From Myxococcota bacterium (GTDB taxonomy: Bacteria; Myxococcota_A; UBA9042; PHBI01; JAWLBL01): a DNA stretch of 64,000 bases. Positions 28,477 to 39,278 of this stretch are shown here, in pieces. A program made the position numbers and the translations under genes. The notes under the pieces were generated by a model. It saw only the letters and a list, made by a program, of their open reading frames with translations, had not been told where the DNA came from and did no database searches. Every line of letters starts with the position of its first letter. The stretch's first letter is position 1. The DNA lies in contig JAWLBL010000021.1 of NCBI GenBank assembly GCA_041687695.1, forward strand, positions 70,325-134,324, given 5' to 3'.

Positions 28477-28921
28477 ATCGCCTGAGCCGCGATCGGAACC
28501 ATACCGAAGTCGTCGGGTGCGATTTGCATCCCATACCGTGATCTACCCCGCTCGAGGATCCAACGGCCCTCGGCCGAGTCGCGGTGGTCGATTAGACGGA
28601 TCGAATGAGCGATGACGCTGAGCTTGGCTCAAGCCGCAGGGATCTGCAAGGGTCCAATGGTCGCTAAACGAGTGCGCAGCGCAGGTCGCACCGCCCGATA
28701 CTACGGCTGTCCAGGGACCCCGGTTTCGTCCGCCACCATTCCGGCCTTTACTGAGACGCGGAACCTACACCCGCTGGCCCCGCCGTATGCGACGCGGTCG
28801 TCCCGCTCCTGCCTCGCTGCCGATGCCAGGGCTGCAGTCGTGTCGTGCCGCCGCCCGACGGAGCGTCGCCGAGACAAGCGGGCGATGGATCCATTCCCGA
28901 CGCCGGGCGTCGAACGGCGGC

Positions 28922-29782
28922 ATGCTTCGCCAACACGTCGTCGTCGCCGTTCTCGCCCTGCTCCTGCTCACGCTCGCCTCGCCGGCGGCCGCCGAGATTC
29001 CGGTCCCGGATGCCGCGACGCGTCAGGTCCTGAGGGCCGCCGTGCTGGAGGTCGAGCGGGACCACCCGCGCTACCACGTCGACCTCACGGCCGGGTGGTT
29101 CGTCGTGGCGACGGACGGCTCGCGCGCGGCCCACCAAAAGGCGCGCGGTGTCGTCACCCAGGCCGTGCGCTCGCTGTACCTCGAGTACTTCGAGGCGTCT
29201 CCCACCGCGCCGCTGCCGACGTTCGTCCTGCCCAACGCCGCCGCCTACCGCCGCTTCGTCGTCAGCGTCTACGGCGACGAGGGCCCGGCCCTGGGCAACC
29301 TGGGGTTCTTCGACCCTGGCCGCCGGCTGCTCATCCTGAACCACGGCCCCGGCCCCGGCACGCTCGCCCACGAGCTGGTCCACCCGCTGCTGCGCCACGA
29401 CTTCCCCCAGGCGCCCGCCTGGCTCGACGAGGGCTTCGCCGCCCTGTACGAGCACAAGACCTACCAGGACGGCCGCATGAAGCCCTTCGTCAACTGGCGC
29501 ATGCGGCACCTCCGCGCCCGCGCCCGCGACCTGTCGCTGCACGAGCTCATGACCTCGAGCACGGGCGACGTCTACGGACGCGACAGCGGGCTGTACTACG
29601 CCATGGGCCGCCACTTCCTGATGCACCTGCACCGCCAGGGCCACCTGGCCGCCTTCTACCGCGCCTACCGCGACGACTTCGCCGCGGACCCCACCGGCAT
29701 CACCCAGCTCGAGCGCGTCGTCGGCCAGCCCCTCGCCACCATCGAGGCCGCCTTCTGGACCTGGGTCGAACGCCACCGCTGA
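28922..29782 (+). CDS. Secreted HExxH protein (DUF1570/peptidase-MA-like), putative metallopeptidase
   Basis: Signal peptide MLRQHVVVAVLALLLLTLASPAAA from the ATG at 28922. AHELVHPLL zinc-binding-like motif. Confidence 0.55.
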   Translation: MLRQHVVVAVLALLLLTLASPAAAEIPVPDAATRQVLRAAVLEVERDHPRYHVDLTAGWFVVATDGSRAAHQKARGVVTQAVRSLYLEYFEASPTAPLPTFVLPNAAAYRRFVVSVYGDEGPALGNLGFFDPGRRLLILNHGPGPGTLAHELVHPLLRHDFPQAPAWLDEGFAALYEHKTYQDGRMKPFVNWRMRHLRARARDLSLHELMTSSTGDVYGRDSGLYYAMGRHFLMHLHRQGHLAAFYRAYRDDFAADPTGITQLERVVGQPLATIEAAFWTWVERHR

Positions 29783-29787
29783 AAAGA

Positions 29788-29828
29788 GAAAGGGGCCGGG
29801 TTCACGCGATCTGAACCTGACCCCTTTC
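29788..29828. terminator. Bidirectional stem-loop terminator between convergent genes, followed by a (CTTTCTGC)x4 microsatellite (29824-29855)
   Basis: GAAAGGGGCCGGGTTCA-cgcgatc-TGAACCTGACCCCTTTC (17-bp stem, 2 mismatches) with T-rich flanks. Confidence 0.65.
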
Positions 29829-29864
29829 TGCCTTTCTGCCTTTCTGCCTTTCTGCCTCAGTGCC

Positions 29865-32471
29865 TCAGGCGGCGCTGCGGGCCGCGGCGTCGGCGGGGAC
29901 CGGGGCCGGGGTCGGGTCGTCCTGGGTGACGGGGTACTTGCCGACGAAGCGCATCAGGCGCGTCATGCGCGTGGCGAAGAGCAGGACGGGGAAGGCGAGG
30001 AGGCCGCCGACCGGGATGCCGAGCATGGCGAGGGTGGTGATGTTCTCCCAGTCGATGCGCGGCTCGACGATGTCGAAGGCGACGTAGTGGATGCCGAAGG
30101 CGAAGGCGACGGGGAAGGCGAGGACGGCCAGGCTGGCGAGCGGGGCGAGCTTGAAGAAGCGGCCGTAGCGGCTCAGCGGATGGCCCCAGTGGAAGCGGGC
30201 GCGGAGGACCTTGCGCAGGGTGCCCAGGAGCTGGCTCATGGCCAGGACGAAGACCGCGATGCAGGCGACGAGCAGGAGCATGGCGCCGCCGAGCGAGAGG
30301 TCGAGGACCAGGGCGGAGGCCTCGGCGCCGAGCAGATAGAACAGGGTCTGGAAGAAGTAGCCGAGCAGGAGCTCGACCAGCGGCTCGACGGCCAGGGCGA
30401 TGAAGACGCCGACGACGGGGATGAACAGGAGCATGACCCCGAGGTAGGGGACGATCAGCTTGAACTCGCCCTTGACGGTGTGGATGGCGTCGGCGAAGGC
30501 GTTGGGGTCGTCGCCGCGGGCGGCGCGGGCGGGGGCCGAGACGATGGAGAGGAGGGTCTCCTTCATCGGCAGGAGGTAGAGGAGGACGGCGAGGAGGGCG
30601 AGCAGGATGGGGACGTAGCCCATCACCCAGTCGACCTTCTCGTAGTAGCCCACGGCGCCCTTGAAGGCGGCGGCGTGGGATTTGAGCATGGTGGCGTTCT
30701 TGGCCAGGAACGCCAGCTCGGGCTCCTCGAGCAGGGTGGCCCAGTGCAGGGCGACGTAGGCTACGAAGGCCTCTTGCTCGGCGGGGTCGCCGGTGCCTTT
30801 GACGAGGGCCTGCAGCGGCGTCTTGATGAAGTCGAGGCGCTCCTTGGACAGGTCGGAGAGGAGCTCGACCTGGTGCTCTTTGCCGAGGACGTCGAAGACG
30901 GCGTGGGCGATGCGCATCTTGGGGCTGGTCGTGTCGACGGCGACGGTGCCCTGCACGGTGCGCATGGCGAGGAGGGTGACGCCGAGGGAGGCCAGGGTGA
31001 GGACGAAGGTGAGGGCGGCGAAGCCCGAGGCCTTCCAGAGGAGGGGCTTGCGGTCGGGGTAGCGGCCGCCGAGGCGGAGCGGGGTGAGGAGGATGACGAA
31101 GACGCCGAGGCCGGCGAGGACGGCCAGGATGAGCAGGACGCGGTCGAAGGCGCCGGACTGGGCGGTGAGCTCCTTGTCGCGGAGCTTGGTGACGACCTTC
31201 TCCTTGCCGGCGGTGATCCAGGCGCGGAGCTGCTCCTTGGAGATGTAGACCGGGTTGGCGATGGGGTCGAGGTCGCTGCGCTCGTCGAAGCAGGTCAGGG
31301 TGAGGTCGATCTTCGCGGGGTCGTCGAGGACCTCGGTCTCGGGGTGCAGGCGCTTGCACTCGCGGTCGAGGTTGTCGATGACGCGCAGGGGCAGGCGGAA
31401 GAGGAGCTCGGTGACGCGCTCGGTGAGGGCGGCGACCTGCTCGTCGGTGAGGGGCTTTCCGGCGGCGGTGAGCTCGCTCTGGGCCTCGGTGACGACGCCG
31501 ACGGCGGCCTCCTGGAAGGCGTCGACCATGGTGCCGACCAGGGGGTGCTCGTCGAGGCAGGCGAGGACGGCGTCCATGTCGTCCTGGGGGCAGGCGGCGC
31601 GCAGCTCGGTCAGCGCGGCCATCGGGAGGACCGCGAGGAAGCCGCGGAACTGGACGTAGAAGTCGGGGCCGAAGACGGTCTTGCGCTCCTTCTGGATGGC
31701 GAGGAAGACCTCGACGACGCGGTCGTTGGCGACGACGCAGGAGGCGAGGGCGTCCTCGGGCTCCTCGCAGTCGGGGTGGTCGGCGTCCTTGGCGACGGCG
31801 CAGTCGGCCCAGGCCTCGCCGGCCTTGTCACACAGGGCCATGATGGCGTCGAGCTCGTCGTCGGTGAGGCGCTCGGGGAGCTCGGCGTCCATGTAGCCGA
31901 GCAGCGTCGAGACGAGGGCGCGCGGGTACTCGGTCTCGAGGAGCCGACCGGCGGCGTCGCCGCCGATGCAGTCGAGAACCTGCGCGAGGTCCTCCTGCGG
32001 GCACACGGCCTTGAGGGCGCTGTAGTCCTTGGGGCGGAGGAAGCGGGTGAGGGCCTTGGGCAGGGCGTCGAGGACCTCCTTGGGCAGCAGGGCGAGCGCC
32101 TCCTCGGAGTAGTCGGAGTCGTCGCTGGCGACGGCGTCGTCTCCGTCGGGGGCGTCCAGGGGAGACGGCCGCGGGACGGCCGGACCGACCTCGATGGGCT
32201 CGTCGTCTCCGTCGGCGGCGTCGCCCTCGGCGGCCAAGTCCGCGGGCTCGCCCTCCGCCTGCTCTTCGTCCGCCGGCTCCTCGTCCGCCGGCTCTTCGTC
32301 CGCGGGCTCCTCTTCGGCGGGCTCCTCGTCGCTCTCCAGCTCCGCCTGCTCCTCGGCGGGCTCGTCGCCGCCGTCCTGCGCCGCGGCCGGGGCCGCGACG
32401 AGCGCGACGAAGGCCAGCGAAGCCACCACCCGAACCAACCAGCTCCCGCCATACGATCTACGCAGCGTCAT
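29865..32471 (-). CDS. Large polytopic membrane protein with signal peptide and acidic (PAEE/PADEE-repeat) N-terminal region, unknown function
   Basis: ATG at 32471 (MTLRRSYGGSWLVRVVASLAFVALVAAPAAA). Multiple hydrophobic TM segments in the C-terminal half. The longer 1231-aa ORF overlaps the GntR gene and is Arg-rich upstream, so it was trimmed. Confidence 0.6.
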   Translation of the reverse strand: MTLRRSYGGSWLVRVVASLAFVALVAAPAAAQDGGDEPAEEQAELESDEEPAEEEPADEEPADEEPADEEQAEGEPADLAAEGDAADGDDEPIEVGPAVPRPSPLDAPDGDDAVASDDSDYSEEALALLPKEVLDALPKALTRFLRPKDYSALKAVCPQEDLAQVLDCIGGDAAGRLLETEYPRALVSTLLGYMDAELPERLTDDELDAIMALCDKAGEAWADCAVAKDADHPDCEEPEDALASCVVANDRVVEVFLAIQKERKTVFGPDFYVQFRGFLAVLPMAALTELRAACPQDDMDAVLACLDEHPLVGTMVDAFQEAAVGVVTEAQSELTAAGKPLTDEQVAALTERVTELLFRLPLRVIDNLDRECKRLHPETEVLDDPAKIDLTLTCFDERSDLDPIANPVYISKEQLRAWITAGKEKVVTKLRDKELTAQSGAFDRVLLILAVLAGLGVFVILLTPLRLGGRYPDRKPLLWKASGFAALTFVLTLASLGVTLLAMRTVQGTVAVDTTSPKMRIAHAVFDVLGKEHQVELLSDLSKERLDFIKTPLQALVKGTGDPAEQEAFVAYVALHWATLLEEPELAFLAKNATMLKSHAAAFKGAVGYYEKVDWVMGYVPILLALLAVLLYLLPMKETLLSIVSAPARAARGDDPNAFADAIHTVKGEFKLIVPYLGVMLLFIPVVGVFIALAVEPLVELLLGYFFQTLFYLLGAEASALVLDLSLGGAMLLLVACIAVFVLAMSQLLGTLRKVLRARFHWGHPLSRYGRFFKLAPLASLAVLAFPVAFAFGIHYVAFDIVEPRIDWENITTLAMLGIPVGGLLAFPVLLFATRMTRLMRFVGKYPVTQDDPTPAPVPADAAARSAA

Positions 32472-32683
32472 GCGCAGCTCCTGGTGGCTGACGAAGCGCG
32501 CCGTCAGCCGGTCACGACCCCCTCGGGTCGCTGCCCCCTCGCGCCCCGAGTCCCCCTCGGAGCGGCGCGGACACTCCCACCTTCCCGAGTGGGTCGCAAG
32601 GGGGGCCGGGCACATCACGCGACCGGGCGGGCGGCCGGGGCCGGAGGCTGCGACGAGCGCGGGCTCGCCGGCCGCGCTGGCGC

Positions 32684-33409
32684 TCAGCCGCCGCGGGTGG
32701 CGCGGGCGGCGGCCAGCAGGTTCGGGGTCGCGTAGCGGTGGAAGACCTGGACCAGGGCCACGGCGGCGTCGGCGTCGCGGGCGCGCAGGTGCTGGACCAG
32801 CAGGATCATGCCCTGCAGGTGGGGCTTGCGCGAGGCGCGCATCACCCGGAAGGCGGCCTCGAGGTCGGTCAGGACCAGCTCGTTCCAGGCGGCCATCTTG
32901 ACGAAGACCGGGTTGTGGGTGGCCTCGGCGACGGCGAAGGTCAGCTGGGTGACCAGGCGGTCGTAGGTTTCCGGCTCGTCCAGCGCCTGAGCCAGCTGAT
33001 CCAGCAGCGCGTCCATGACGGCCAGATCGGCGTCGGTGCGGCGCTCGGCGGCGAGGCGGGTCATCTGCAGGTCGAGGGCGCTGCGGACCTCGAGCACCGA
33101 GGCGAGCACGTCGGCGTCGACGCGTTCGGGGTCGTCGGGGTCGGGGCGCAGCATCGCCTTGAGCACCTCGGGGCTGAGCGAGCGCGCCGGATCGCGCACC
33201 ACCGTGCCGCGGCGCCGGATCGGGCGGACCAGGCCGTGCACCTCGAGCAGCTTGACCGCCTCTCGGACGACGCCGCGGTTGACGCCGTAGCGCTCGGCCA
33301 GCTCGTCTTCGCGGGGCAGGAGCGAACCCACGGCGAAACGCCCGGCGACGATCTGGCTCAGGAGATCGTTGGCGACGAGATCGGCCTTGCGGGGGGCGAC
33401 GGGGCTCAT
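32684..33409 (-). CDS. GntR-family transcriptional regulator (FadR/FCD C-terminal domain)
   Basis: N-terminal winged-HTH ([27 protein letters not shown]) and a helical FCD-like C-terminus. Divergent from the DUF4157 gene, 95-bp intergenic gap. Confidence 0.8.
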   Translation of the reverse strand: MSPVAPRKADLVANDLLSQIVAGRFAVGSLLPREDELAERYGVNRGVVREAVKLLEVHGLVRPIRRRGTVVRDPARSLSPEVLKAMLRPDPDDPERVDADVLASVLEVRSALDLQMTRLAAERRTDADLAVMDALLDQLAQALDEPETYDRLVTQLTFAVAEATHNPVFVKMAAWNELVLTDLEAAFRVMRASRKPHLQGMILLVQHLRARDADAAVALVQVFHRYATPNLLAAARATRGG

Positions 33410-33504
33410 GGCGCGCGCATCGTAGGGCGACGGACTTCTCAGGCCAAGGCGACCGTGATAGATACGACCTATTCACACACGCACGGGTTTTGGGGAGGTC
33501 GGCC

Positions 33505-36500
33505 ATGAGCCACGAGCGGGACGCCCAGGCGCAGCCGGAAGACCGCGCGATCGCGCGCACGCCTTCGAACGCGAACGCTCAGTCGACGGAGCCCTCGCGC
33601 GGCGCGGCGCTCAAGCCCGCGCTGCGGCAGCTGGGCGCGGCGGGGGGCTACCAGGCCCAGGCGGCCTTCCTGGCGCCTGGCGCGGTGCAGGCCGACGGCG
33701 GCGCGGTGCAGGGCGGCCAGGACGCGCAGGCCATCGCCCAGGCCGGCGTCCGCGGCGGCGGCGGCGCCCTGCCCCACGCGGGGGCCATCCAGGCCTCCTT
33801 CGGTCGCTTCGACGTCGGCGGGGTGCGGGCGCACGTGGGCGGCGCGGCGGCCGACGCCTCCAAGCAGCTGGGCGCCAACGCCTACGCCACGGGCGACGCG
33901 GTCGGGTTCGCCGGCGCGCCCAGCCTGCACACGGCGGCCCACGAGGCGGCCCACGTGGTGCAGCAGCGCGCGGGCGTGCAGCTCGAGGGCGGCGTCGGCG
34001 CCGAGGGGGACGCCTACGAGCGGCACGCCGACGCGGTGGCCGATCGGGTCGTGGCCGGAGCGTCGGCCGAGGAGCTGCTGGCCAGCGGCCCGGGCGGTGG
34101 CGGCGCGGGGCCGGCGGTACAGCGCGAGGCGGCGCCGGGGGCGGGGCCGGTCGTCGGGACCGTCTACACGCTGGACGGCGACTGCCAGTGGCGCTTCGAG
34201 GCCGACGGCGGCTGGACCTTCCTCCGCGACGGCAAGGCGGTGCAGACGTTCCGGCCGGGCAGCGAGACCTGCGCCACCGTCGGCGCGCAGTACGAGAAGA
34301 AGCACGGCGGCGTGGTCCCCGCGGCGGCGCCGGCGCAGGCGCCCGAGGCTTCGGCCGGGAGCGAGGCGCCCGCGGCTTCGGCCGGGAGCGAGGCGCCCGC
34401 GGCGGCCGAGGCGGGCAGCGAGGCGGCGCCGGTGGCGACGCCGCCGGGCGGGGTCATCGAGCACGCGCGCTGTGTGGACGCCAACGCCTACCTGCGCGAG
34501 GGGCCGCCCAGCGGGGCGCGGGACGCGCAGCGCCGCAACGTCCCGCAGGGGCGCTACGTCACCTGGCTGGGGACGGCGCGGACCAAGGCCGGAGAGCTGG
34601 CGCACGTCCTGTACCGCGAGGGGGGCGAGGTCATCGACGGCTGGTCGGGCACCGGCAACTTCGCCGGGCGCGGGCCGCTGCCGGCCGAGGAGTGGGCGCG
34701 GCTGTCCAAGGCCGAGGCGCCGCCGCTGACCACGGCCGAGATCACGGCGCGGGTCCAGGCGCCGGACGCGGCCGAGCAGGAAGACGACGCGCAGATCCGG
34801 GCCGACCGCGACGCGCGGCGGGCGGCGGGCGAGACCGGCGGCGGCGTCGGGGCGCTGTCGGCGACGCCGGCGGGCTTTCTGACGGTGGGCGCGGACGCGG
34901 GCCGCGTGACCGTGCACGAGGGGCCCAGCGGCGGCGCGCGGGTGGGCGAGGTGGCCGCCGGGGACCACGTGGCGATGACCGGGTCGCGGCAAGAGGTGGG
35001 CGGCGCGACCTGGGTCGAGGTGGACCTGGGTGATGGCGTGCTCGGGTGGCTGGACGCGGCGGCGACCAACGCGGCCGAGGTGCTGGGCGAGGTGGCGGCG
35101 GCGGCCGAGGCCGAGGCGGCGCGCGAGACGGCGCGGCAGGAGGCCGAGCTGTATTCGGAGATCGTCGCGCCCGAGCCCGAGCAGGTCGCGGCGGCGCCGG
35201 CCGGGCTGAAGGCCCGGGCGCACCTGGTGGTGGCGGGCGACGGGACGGCGCCGGTGTACGACGGGCTGCTGTCGGAGCGGACGCTGGGGCAGCTGCCGGC
35301 GGCGGCGGGCGAGGCGCGGCACTGGGAGCTGGTGGCCGAGATCGGGCCGGGCGACGGCGAGCGGCGCGAGGTGCTGTTCGGGGGGCGGCCCGGGTTCGTG
35401 GCGCGGGCGGCGCTGCGCGAGGCGACGCCGGTCGACGTGATGATGAACGCGCAGGTGCTGGCCGAGGACGAGGTCCCAGCGGCGCGGGCGGCGCTGGCGG
35501 CGATGACCGACGAGCCGGCGCGGCGCGAGGCCTACATGCTGCGGCTGCAGGCGATGGCGCCGGGGCTCGGGCGCGAGGACCAGGCGAGCTTCTCGCACGG
35601 CGGGCGCGGGGCGCCGATGAACCAGCTGGCGGCGTGCCTGGCCTTCCTGGGCGTGCCGAACCCGTACCCGGACCAGCCGTTCGCGGACGCGCTGGAGCTG
35701 GTGCGGCTCGAACGGGGGCTGTCGCCGGCGATGGACGTGGCCGGGTGGGCGGCGCTGGTGACGCAGCTGGGGGTCGGGTGCCAGGCGCTGGGCGACGCCA
35801 GCCCGGCGGCGCTGAAGGGGCACCTGGCGGCGGGCGCGTCGGTGATGCTGACCGTCGGCGGCGGGGCGTGGGTGCGGGTGCGCGGGGTCGGCGAGGACGG
35901 GGCGGTGCAGGTCGACGGGCTCGGCGGCGGGACGTCGGTGGCGCCGGCGGGGGCGCTGGCCGGTGCCCAGGGGTGCGTGTTCGCGGTGCCGACCGAGGCG
36001 GCGCTGGACCCGACGCTGCTGGAGACCGACGTGGCGCTGGACGCGGCGACGGCGAGCGCCGGGTACGACGAGATGTACGCGGCGACCAGCGCGGCCGAGA
36101 GCGACTGGTACGAGAAGAAGCGCGGGGACGCGGAGCTGGCGGGGCACGTGCCGGAGGCGGGGTCGCCGCTGGCGTTCGCGGGGGCGCCAGCGGACAAGAT
36201 CGAGCAGGCGTTCGAGCGGGTGATGGGGCCGCCGGGGGCGGACGTGCGGGCGGGGTTCGCGCGGGGCGCAGGGTTCTTGGGGCCGCTGTTCGCGGTGGCC
36301 GAGCCGGCCGAGGCGCTGGTCGAGGGGCGGCAGGCGGCGCGCGAGCGGCTGCGCGGGTGGCTGCGTGACGCGGTGGCGAAGGCGGTCGAGGGGCCGGGCG
36401 GGGTGGCCGAGGCCGGGGCGGCGGTGCAGTGGCTGGAGGCGAGCGGGGCGATCGGCGGCGAGCCGGTGGTGACCGAGGCGACGCGGGACGTGCTGCGGGC

Positions 36501-38157
36501 GGCGCTGGTGCCGATGAAGGGCGAGGGGGAGGAGGCGGCGGCCGAGGGGCCGGTGGAGCTGCCGACGCAGACGCGGGCGCAGCTGGAGCAGCGGCTGGCG
36601 GGGGTGGACCTGAAGGCGGTGCTGGCGGTGCCGGTCGAGGCGGTCTACTCGGGCGAGCACCTGGGGGCGATGCGGCAGGCGCTGGAGCAGCCCGAGGTGA
36701 AGGCGCTGTGGGCGGCGGCGGGGGCGGCGTACGCGGCGCGGATGAAGGTGGTCGACCAGCAGGCGAACACCGGGGTGGTGGCGTCGTTCTGGTCGGCGCT
36801 GGGCTACGACGCGGGGACGACCCAGGTCGAGGGGTACGGCGAGCTGCCGGCGGCGCTGCGGTCGTCGGACGCGCTGACGCAGGCGTGGAACATCAAGCGG
36901 CTGGCGGACGAGGCGCGGTGGGGCGAGGTGTCGGCGGCGTGCGACGCGCTGTTCGTGGGGCTCGAGGGGGCCATCGGGCACGAGCGCGGGGCGGGCGCGG
37001 GGCACGACGCGAGCGCGGCGCTGGCCGAGTTCAAGGGGGCCGAGACGTTCGCGCCGGGCGGCGAGGGGAGCCGGGTGCGGACGCTGGACTTCGCGCAGCT
37101 GAAGTACGAGCAGGAGCTGGGGCAGACGGAGAACGTGGCGGCGCAGGTGGCTCGGGGCGTCGAGCCTGGGGACATCCAGGGCACGCAGTACAAGTGGTCC
37201 GACGAGGCGGCGGCGGCGCAGATCGCGGGCGACAAAGACGCCTACCAGTTCTGGTGCTCGGGCTTTTCGATCTGGACGCTGGCGTCGGCCGGCTACGACC
37301 TGACCAAGGAGATCAAGGGCAAGGACGGCAAGGTCCACGGCTACCTGGAGGCGGGCAAGAAGACGCCCAAGGCGCTGACGATGCAGGGGCTGGTCGACGG
37401 GTGGAACGAGATGGTGGGCGCGATGAGCCTCATCACGGACCCGCGCGACGGGGTGATCAACGAGCACACCGGGCAGCCGCACGTGGCGCCGCCGAAGGGC
37501 AAGCCGCTGACCGAGATCGACGGGGTGGTGGTGCGCATCGAGCACACCGAGGTGACGGTCAGTGGCAAGAAGCAGAAGACGGCGACCAGCGGGCACGTGG
37601 ACCAGCGCAACTACGTGCAGGGCGAGGAGATCGACCCGACGCAGGACAGCGACGCGGTCAAGGGGGCCGTCGCGGCGTTCGTGGCGACCGGCGTCGGCTA
37701 CGAGGTGCCGTTCGACGAGCAGAAGCCGGGCGACTTCGGGCAGTACCGCGCCTGGGAGGCGGCGCCCGAGCTGCCCGGCGGCGGCTACACGGGCAAGGGG
37801 CACGCCTACCAGGTCTACTCGGTCACGGCGGTCGGCACGGCGAACTTCGGCAAGCCCGGCAAGGGCAGCCCCGAGCTGGTGACGCCCGGCAAGGACCTGG
37901 GCGACGGCTGGCAGGAGGGCGCCGTGTTCGAGATCACGATGCACACCGACCCGGCGCTGGTGCGCGACACCACGTTCAAGAGCCGCAAGGTCATCGACTC
38001 GAACACCGGCGGCGGCAAGGGCGGCGACGCGGGCGTGTACGTCCGCGAGAGCAAGACCACCGCGGCCGTCGAGAAGGGCACGACGCGTCACTACACCGGG
38101 CGCCTGTACGAGAGCCCCTGGGCGAACCGGGCGACCGCGGCGGCCAAAGACGAGTAG
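33505..38157 (+). CDS. Giant (1550 aa) DUF4157-domain protein with SH3b-like and C-terminal NlpC/P60- or CHAP-like (CSGF) region; putative polymorphic toxin/peptidoglycan-hydrolase effector
   Basis: DUF4157 signature ([18 protein letters not shown]...[25 protein letters not shown]). ATG at 33505 after GGAGG. ...[18 protein letters not shown]3b-like segment. ...[20 protein letters not shown] Cys-peptidase-like motif near the C-terminus. Confidence 0.7.
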   Translation: MSHERDAQAQPEDRAIARTPSNANAQSTEPSRGAALKPALRQLGAAGGYQAQAAFLAPGAVQADGGAVQGGQDAQAIAQAGVRGGGGALPHAGAIQASFGRFDVGGVRAHVGGAAADASKQLGANAYATGDAVGFAGAPSLHTAAHEAAHVVQQRAGVQLEGGVGAEGDAYERHADAVADRVVAGASAEELLASGPGGGGAGPAVQREAAPGAGPVVGTVYTLDGDCQWRFEADGGWTFLRDGKAVQTFRPGSETCATVGAQYEKKHGGVVPAAAPAQAPEASAGSEAPAASAGSEAPAAAEAGSEAAPVATPPGGVIEHARCVDANAYLREGPPSGARDAQRRNVPQGRYVTWLGTARTKAGELAHVLYREGGEVIDGWSGTGNFAGRGPLPAEEWARLSKAEAPPLTTAEITARVQAPDAAEQEDDAQIRADRDARRAAGETGGGVGALSATPAGFLTVGADAGRVTVHEGPSGGARVGEVAAGDHVAMTGSRQEVGGATWVEVDLGDGVLGWLDAAATNAAEVLGEVAAAAEAEAARETARQEAELYSEIVAPEPEQVAAAPAGLKARAHLVVAGDGTAPVYDGLLSERTLGQLPAAAGEARHWELVAEIGPGDGERREVLFGGRPGFVARAALREATPVDVMMNAQVLAEDEVPAARAALAAMTDEPARREAYMLRLQAMAPGLGREDQASFSHGGRGAPMNQLAACLAFLGVPNPYPDQPFADALELVRLERGLSPAMDVAGWAALVTQLGVGCQALGDASPAALKGHLAAGASVMLTVGGGAWVRVRGVGEDGAVQVDGLGGGTSVAPAGALAGAQGCVFAVPTEAALDPTLLETDVALDAATASAGYDEMYAATSAAESDWYEKKRGDAELAGHVPEAGSPLAFAGAPADKIEQAFERVMGPPGADVRAGFARGAGFLGPLFAVAEPAEALVEGRQAARERLRGWLRDAVAKAVEGPGGVAEAGAAVQWLEASGAIGGEPVVTEATRDVLRAALVPMKGEGEEAAAEGPVELPTQTRAQLEQRLAGVDLKAVLAVPVEAVYSGEHLGAMRQALEQPEVKALWAAAGAAYAARMKVVDQQANTGVVASFWSALGYDAGTTQVEGYGELPAALRSSDALTQAWNIKRLADEARWGEVSAACDALFVGLEGAIGHERGAGAGHDASAALAEFKGAETFAPGGEGSRVRTLDFAQLKYEQELGQTENVAAQVARGVEPGDIQGTQYKWSDEAAAAQIAGDKDAYQFWCSGFSIWTLASAGYDLTKEIKGKDGKVHGYLEAGKKTPKALTMQGLVDGWNEMVGAMSLITDPRDGVINEHTGQPHVAPPKGKPLTEIDGVVVRIEHTEVTVSGKKQKTATSGHVDQRNYVQGEEIDPTQDSDAVKGAVAAFVATGVGYEVPFDEQKPGDFGQYRAWEAAPELPGGGYTGKGHAYQVYSVTAVGTANFGKPGKGSPELVTPGKDLGDGWQEGAVFEITMHTDPALVRDTTFKSRKVIDSNTGGGKGGDAGVYVRESKTTAAVEKGTTRHYTGRLYESPWANRATAAAKDE

Positions 38158-38246
38158 GCGGCCTGCTCGGGGCTTGACCGCCCCACACCCCGTGAGACCT
38201 TCCGAGGGGCCGGCCCGTCCTGGGCCGCGCTCACGAGGGACGCGAC

Positions 38247-39275
38247 TTGACGACTCCCGGCCGCACGGCGCCCAGCATCTGGTGGTTCGCGCTGGGCTAC
38301 TTCCTCTGCTACGTGCCCTACGGCGCGCTGACCAAGGCCCTGACCGCCGGCGCCCTGCCCGGCCAGCCCCCGGTCACGGGTCTGTCCATCCTGCCGCTGT
38401 CGGTCGCCACCTCGGCCGTCGCGATGGTCGCCTTCCTGACCCTGGCCGGCTGGTGGCGCGACGCCGCCCAGTGGCGCCTCGGGCCCTGGTCGCTGCCCCG
38501 CCCGACCCGCTGGACCTTCCTCGCCGGCCTCGCCACCGCCGCCATCGTCGTCACCACCACCCTGGCCTACACCTTCGACGGCGTCAGCATCGTCTTCGTG
38601 ATGCTGCTCATGCGCGGCGGCGTCCTGGTCATCGCCCCCGTCGTCGACGCCCTCACCGGCCGCCGCGTCCGCTGGACCTCCTGGACCGCCCTCGCCCTCA
38701 GCCTCGCCGCCCTCGCCGTCACCGTCTCGGACACCAGCGACTACCGCATGACCGCCCTGTGCGCCGCCGACGTCGCCCTGTACCTGCTGGCCTACCTGGT
38801 CCGCCTGCGCCTGATGACCCGCCTCGCCAAGTCCGACGACCCGGCCGTCACCCGCCGCTACTTCGTCGAGGAGCAGATGGTCGCCACCCCCGCCCTCCTC
38901 CTCGCCCTGGCCCTCCTCGCCGCCTTCGCCCCCGGCCCCCTCGGCGCCCAGCTGAGCGCCGGCTTCACCCCCGACTGGCCCGCCAGCACCCTCGCCCTCG
39001 TCGCCCTCATCGGCGCCTTCTCCCAGGGCACCGGCCTGTTCGGCGGCCTCGTCCTGCTCGACCCGCGCGAGAACACCTTCTGCGTCCCGGTCAACCGCGC
39101 CTCCAGCATCCTCGCCGGCCTCGCCGCCAGCGGCCTCCTCGCCGCCTGGCTCTCCATGCGCCCGCCCGGCCTCGAGGAGGGCCTCGGCGCCGCCCTCGTC
39201 CTCGCCGCCATCGCCGTCCTCAGCGCCCCCGCCCTCGCCGCCCGCTGGCGCCGCGCCCCCGCCCCGGCGTCGTGA
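38247..39275 (+). CDS. Polytopic inner-membrane protein (~10 TM), unknown function
   Basis: Strongly hydrophobic, TTG/GTG-type start. Immediately downstream of the DUF4157 effector-like gene. Confidence 0.55.
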   Translation: MTTPGRTAPSIWWFALGYFLCYVPYGALTKALTAGALPGQPPVTGLSILPLSVATSAVAMVAFLTLAGWWRDAAQWRLGPWSLPRPTRWTFLAGLATAAIVVTTTLAYTFDGVSIVFVMLLMRGGVLVIAPVVDALTGRRVRWTSWTALALSLAALAVTVSDTSDYRMTALCAADVALYLLAYLVRLRLMTRLAKSDDPAVTRRYFVEEQMVATPALLLALALLAAFAPGPLGAQLSAGFTPDWPASTLALVALIGAFSQGTGLFGGLVLLDPRENTFCVPVNRASSILAGLAASGLLAAWLSMRPPGLEEGLGAALVLAAIAVLSAPALAARWRRAPAPAS

Positions 39276-39278
39276 CCT

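Noticed and set aside
33469-38091. 1540-aa antisense ORF opposite the second DUF4157 gene, and 34188..36368 internal plus-frame ORFs
   Set aside because: Arg/Leu/Gly-rich junk frames; the sense frame has domain signatures.
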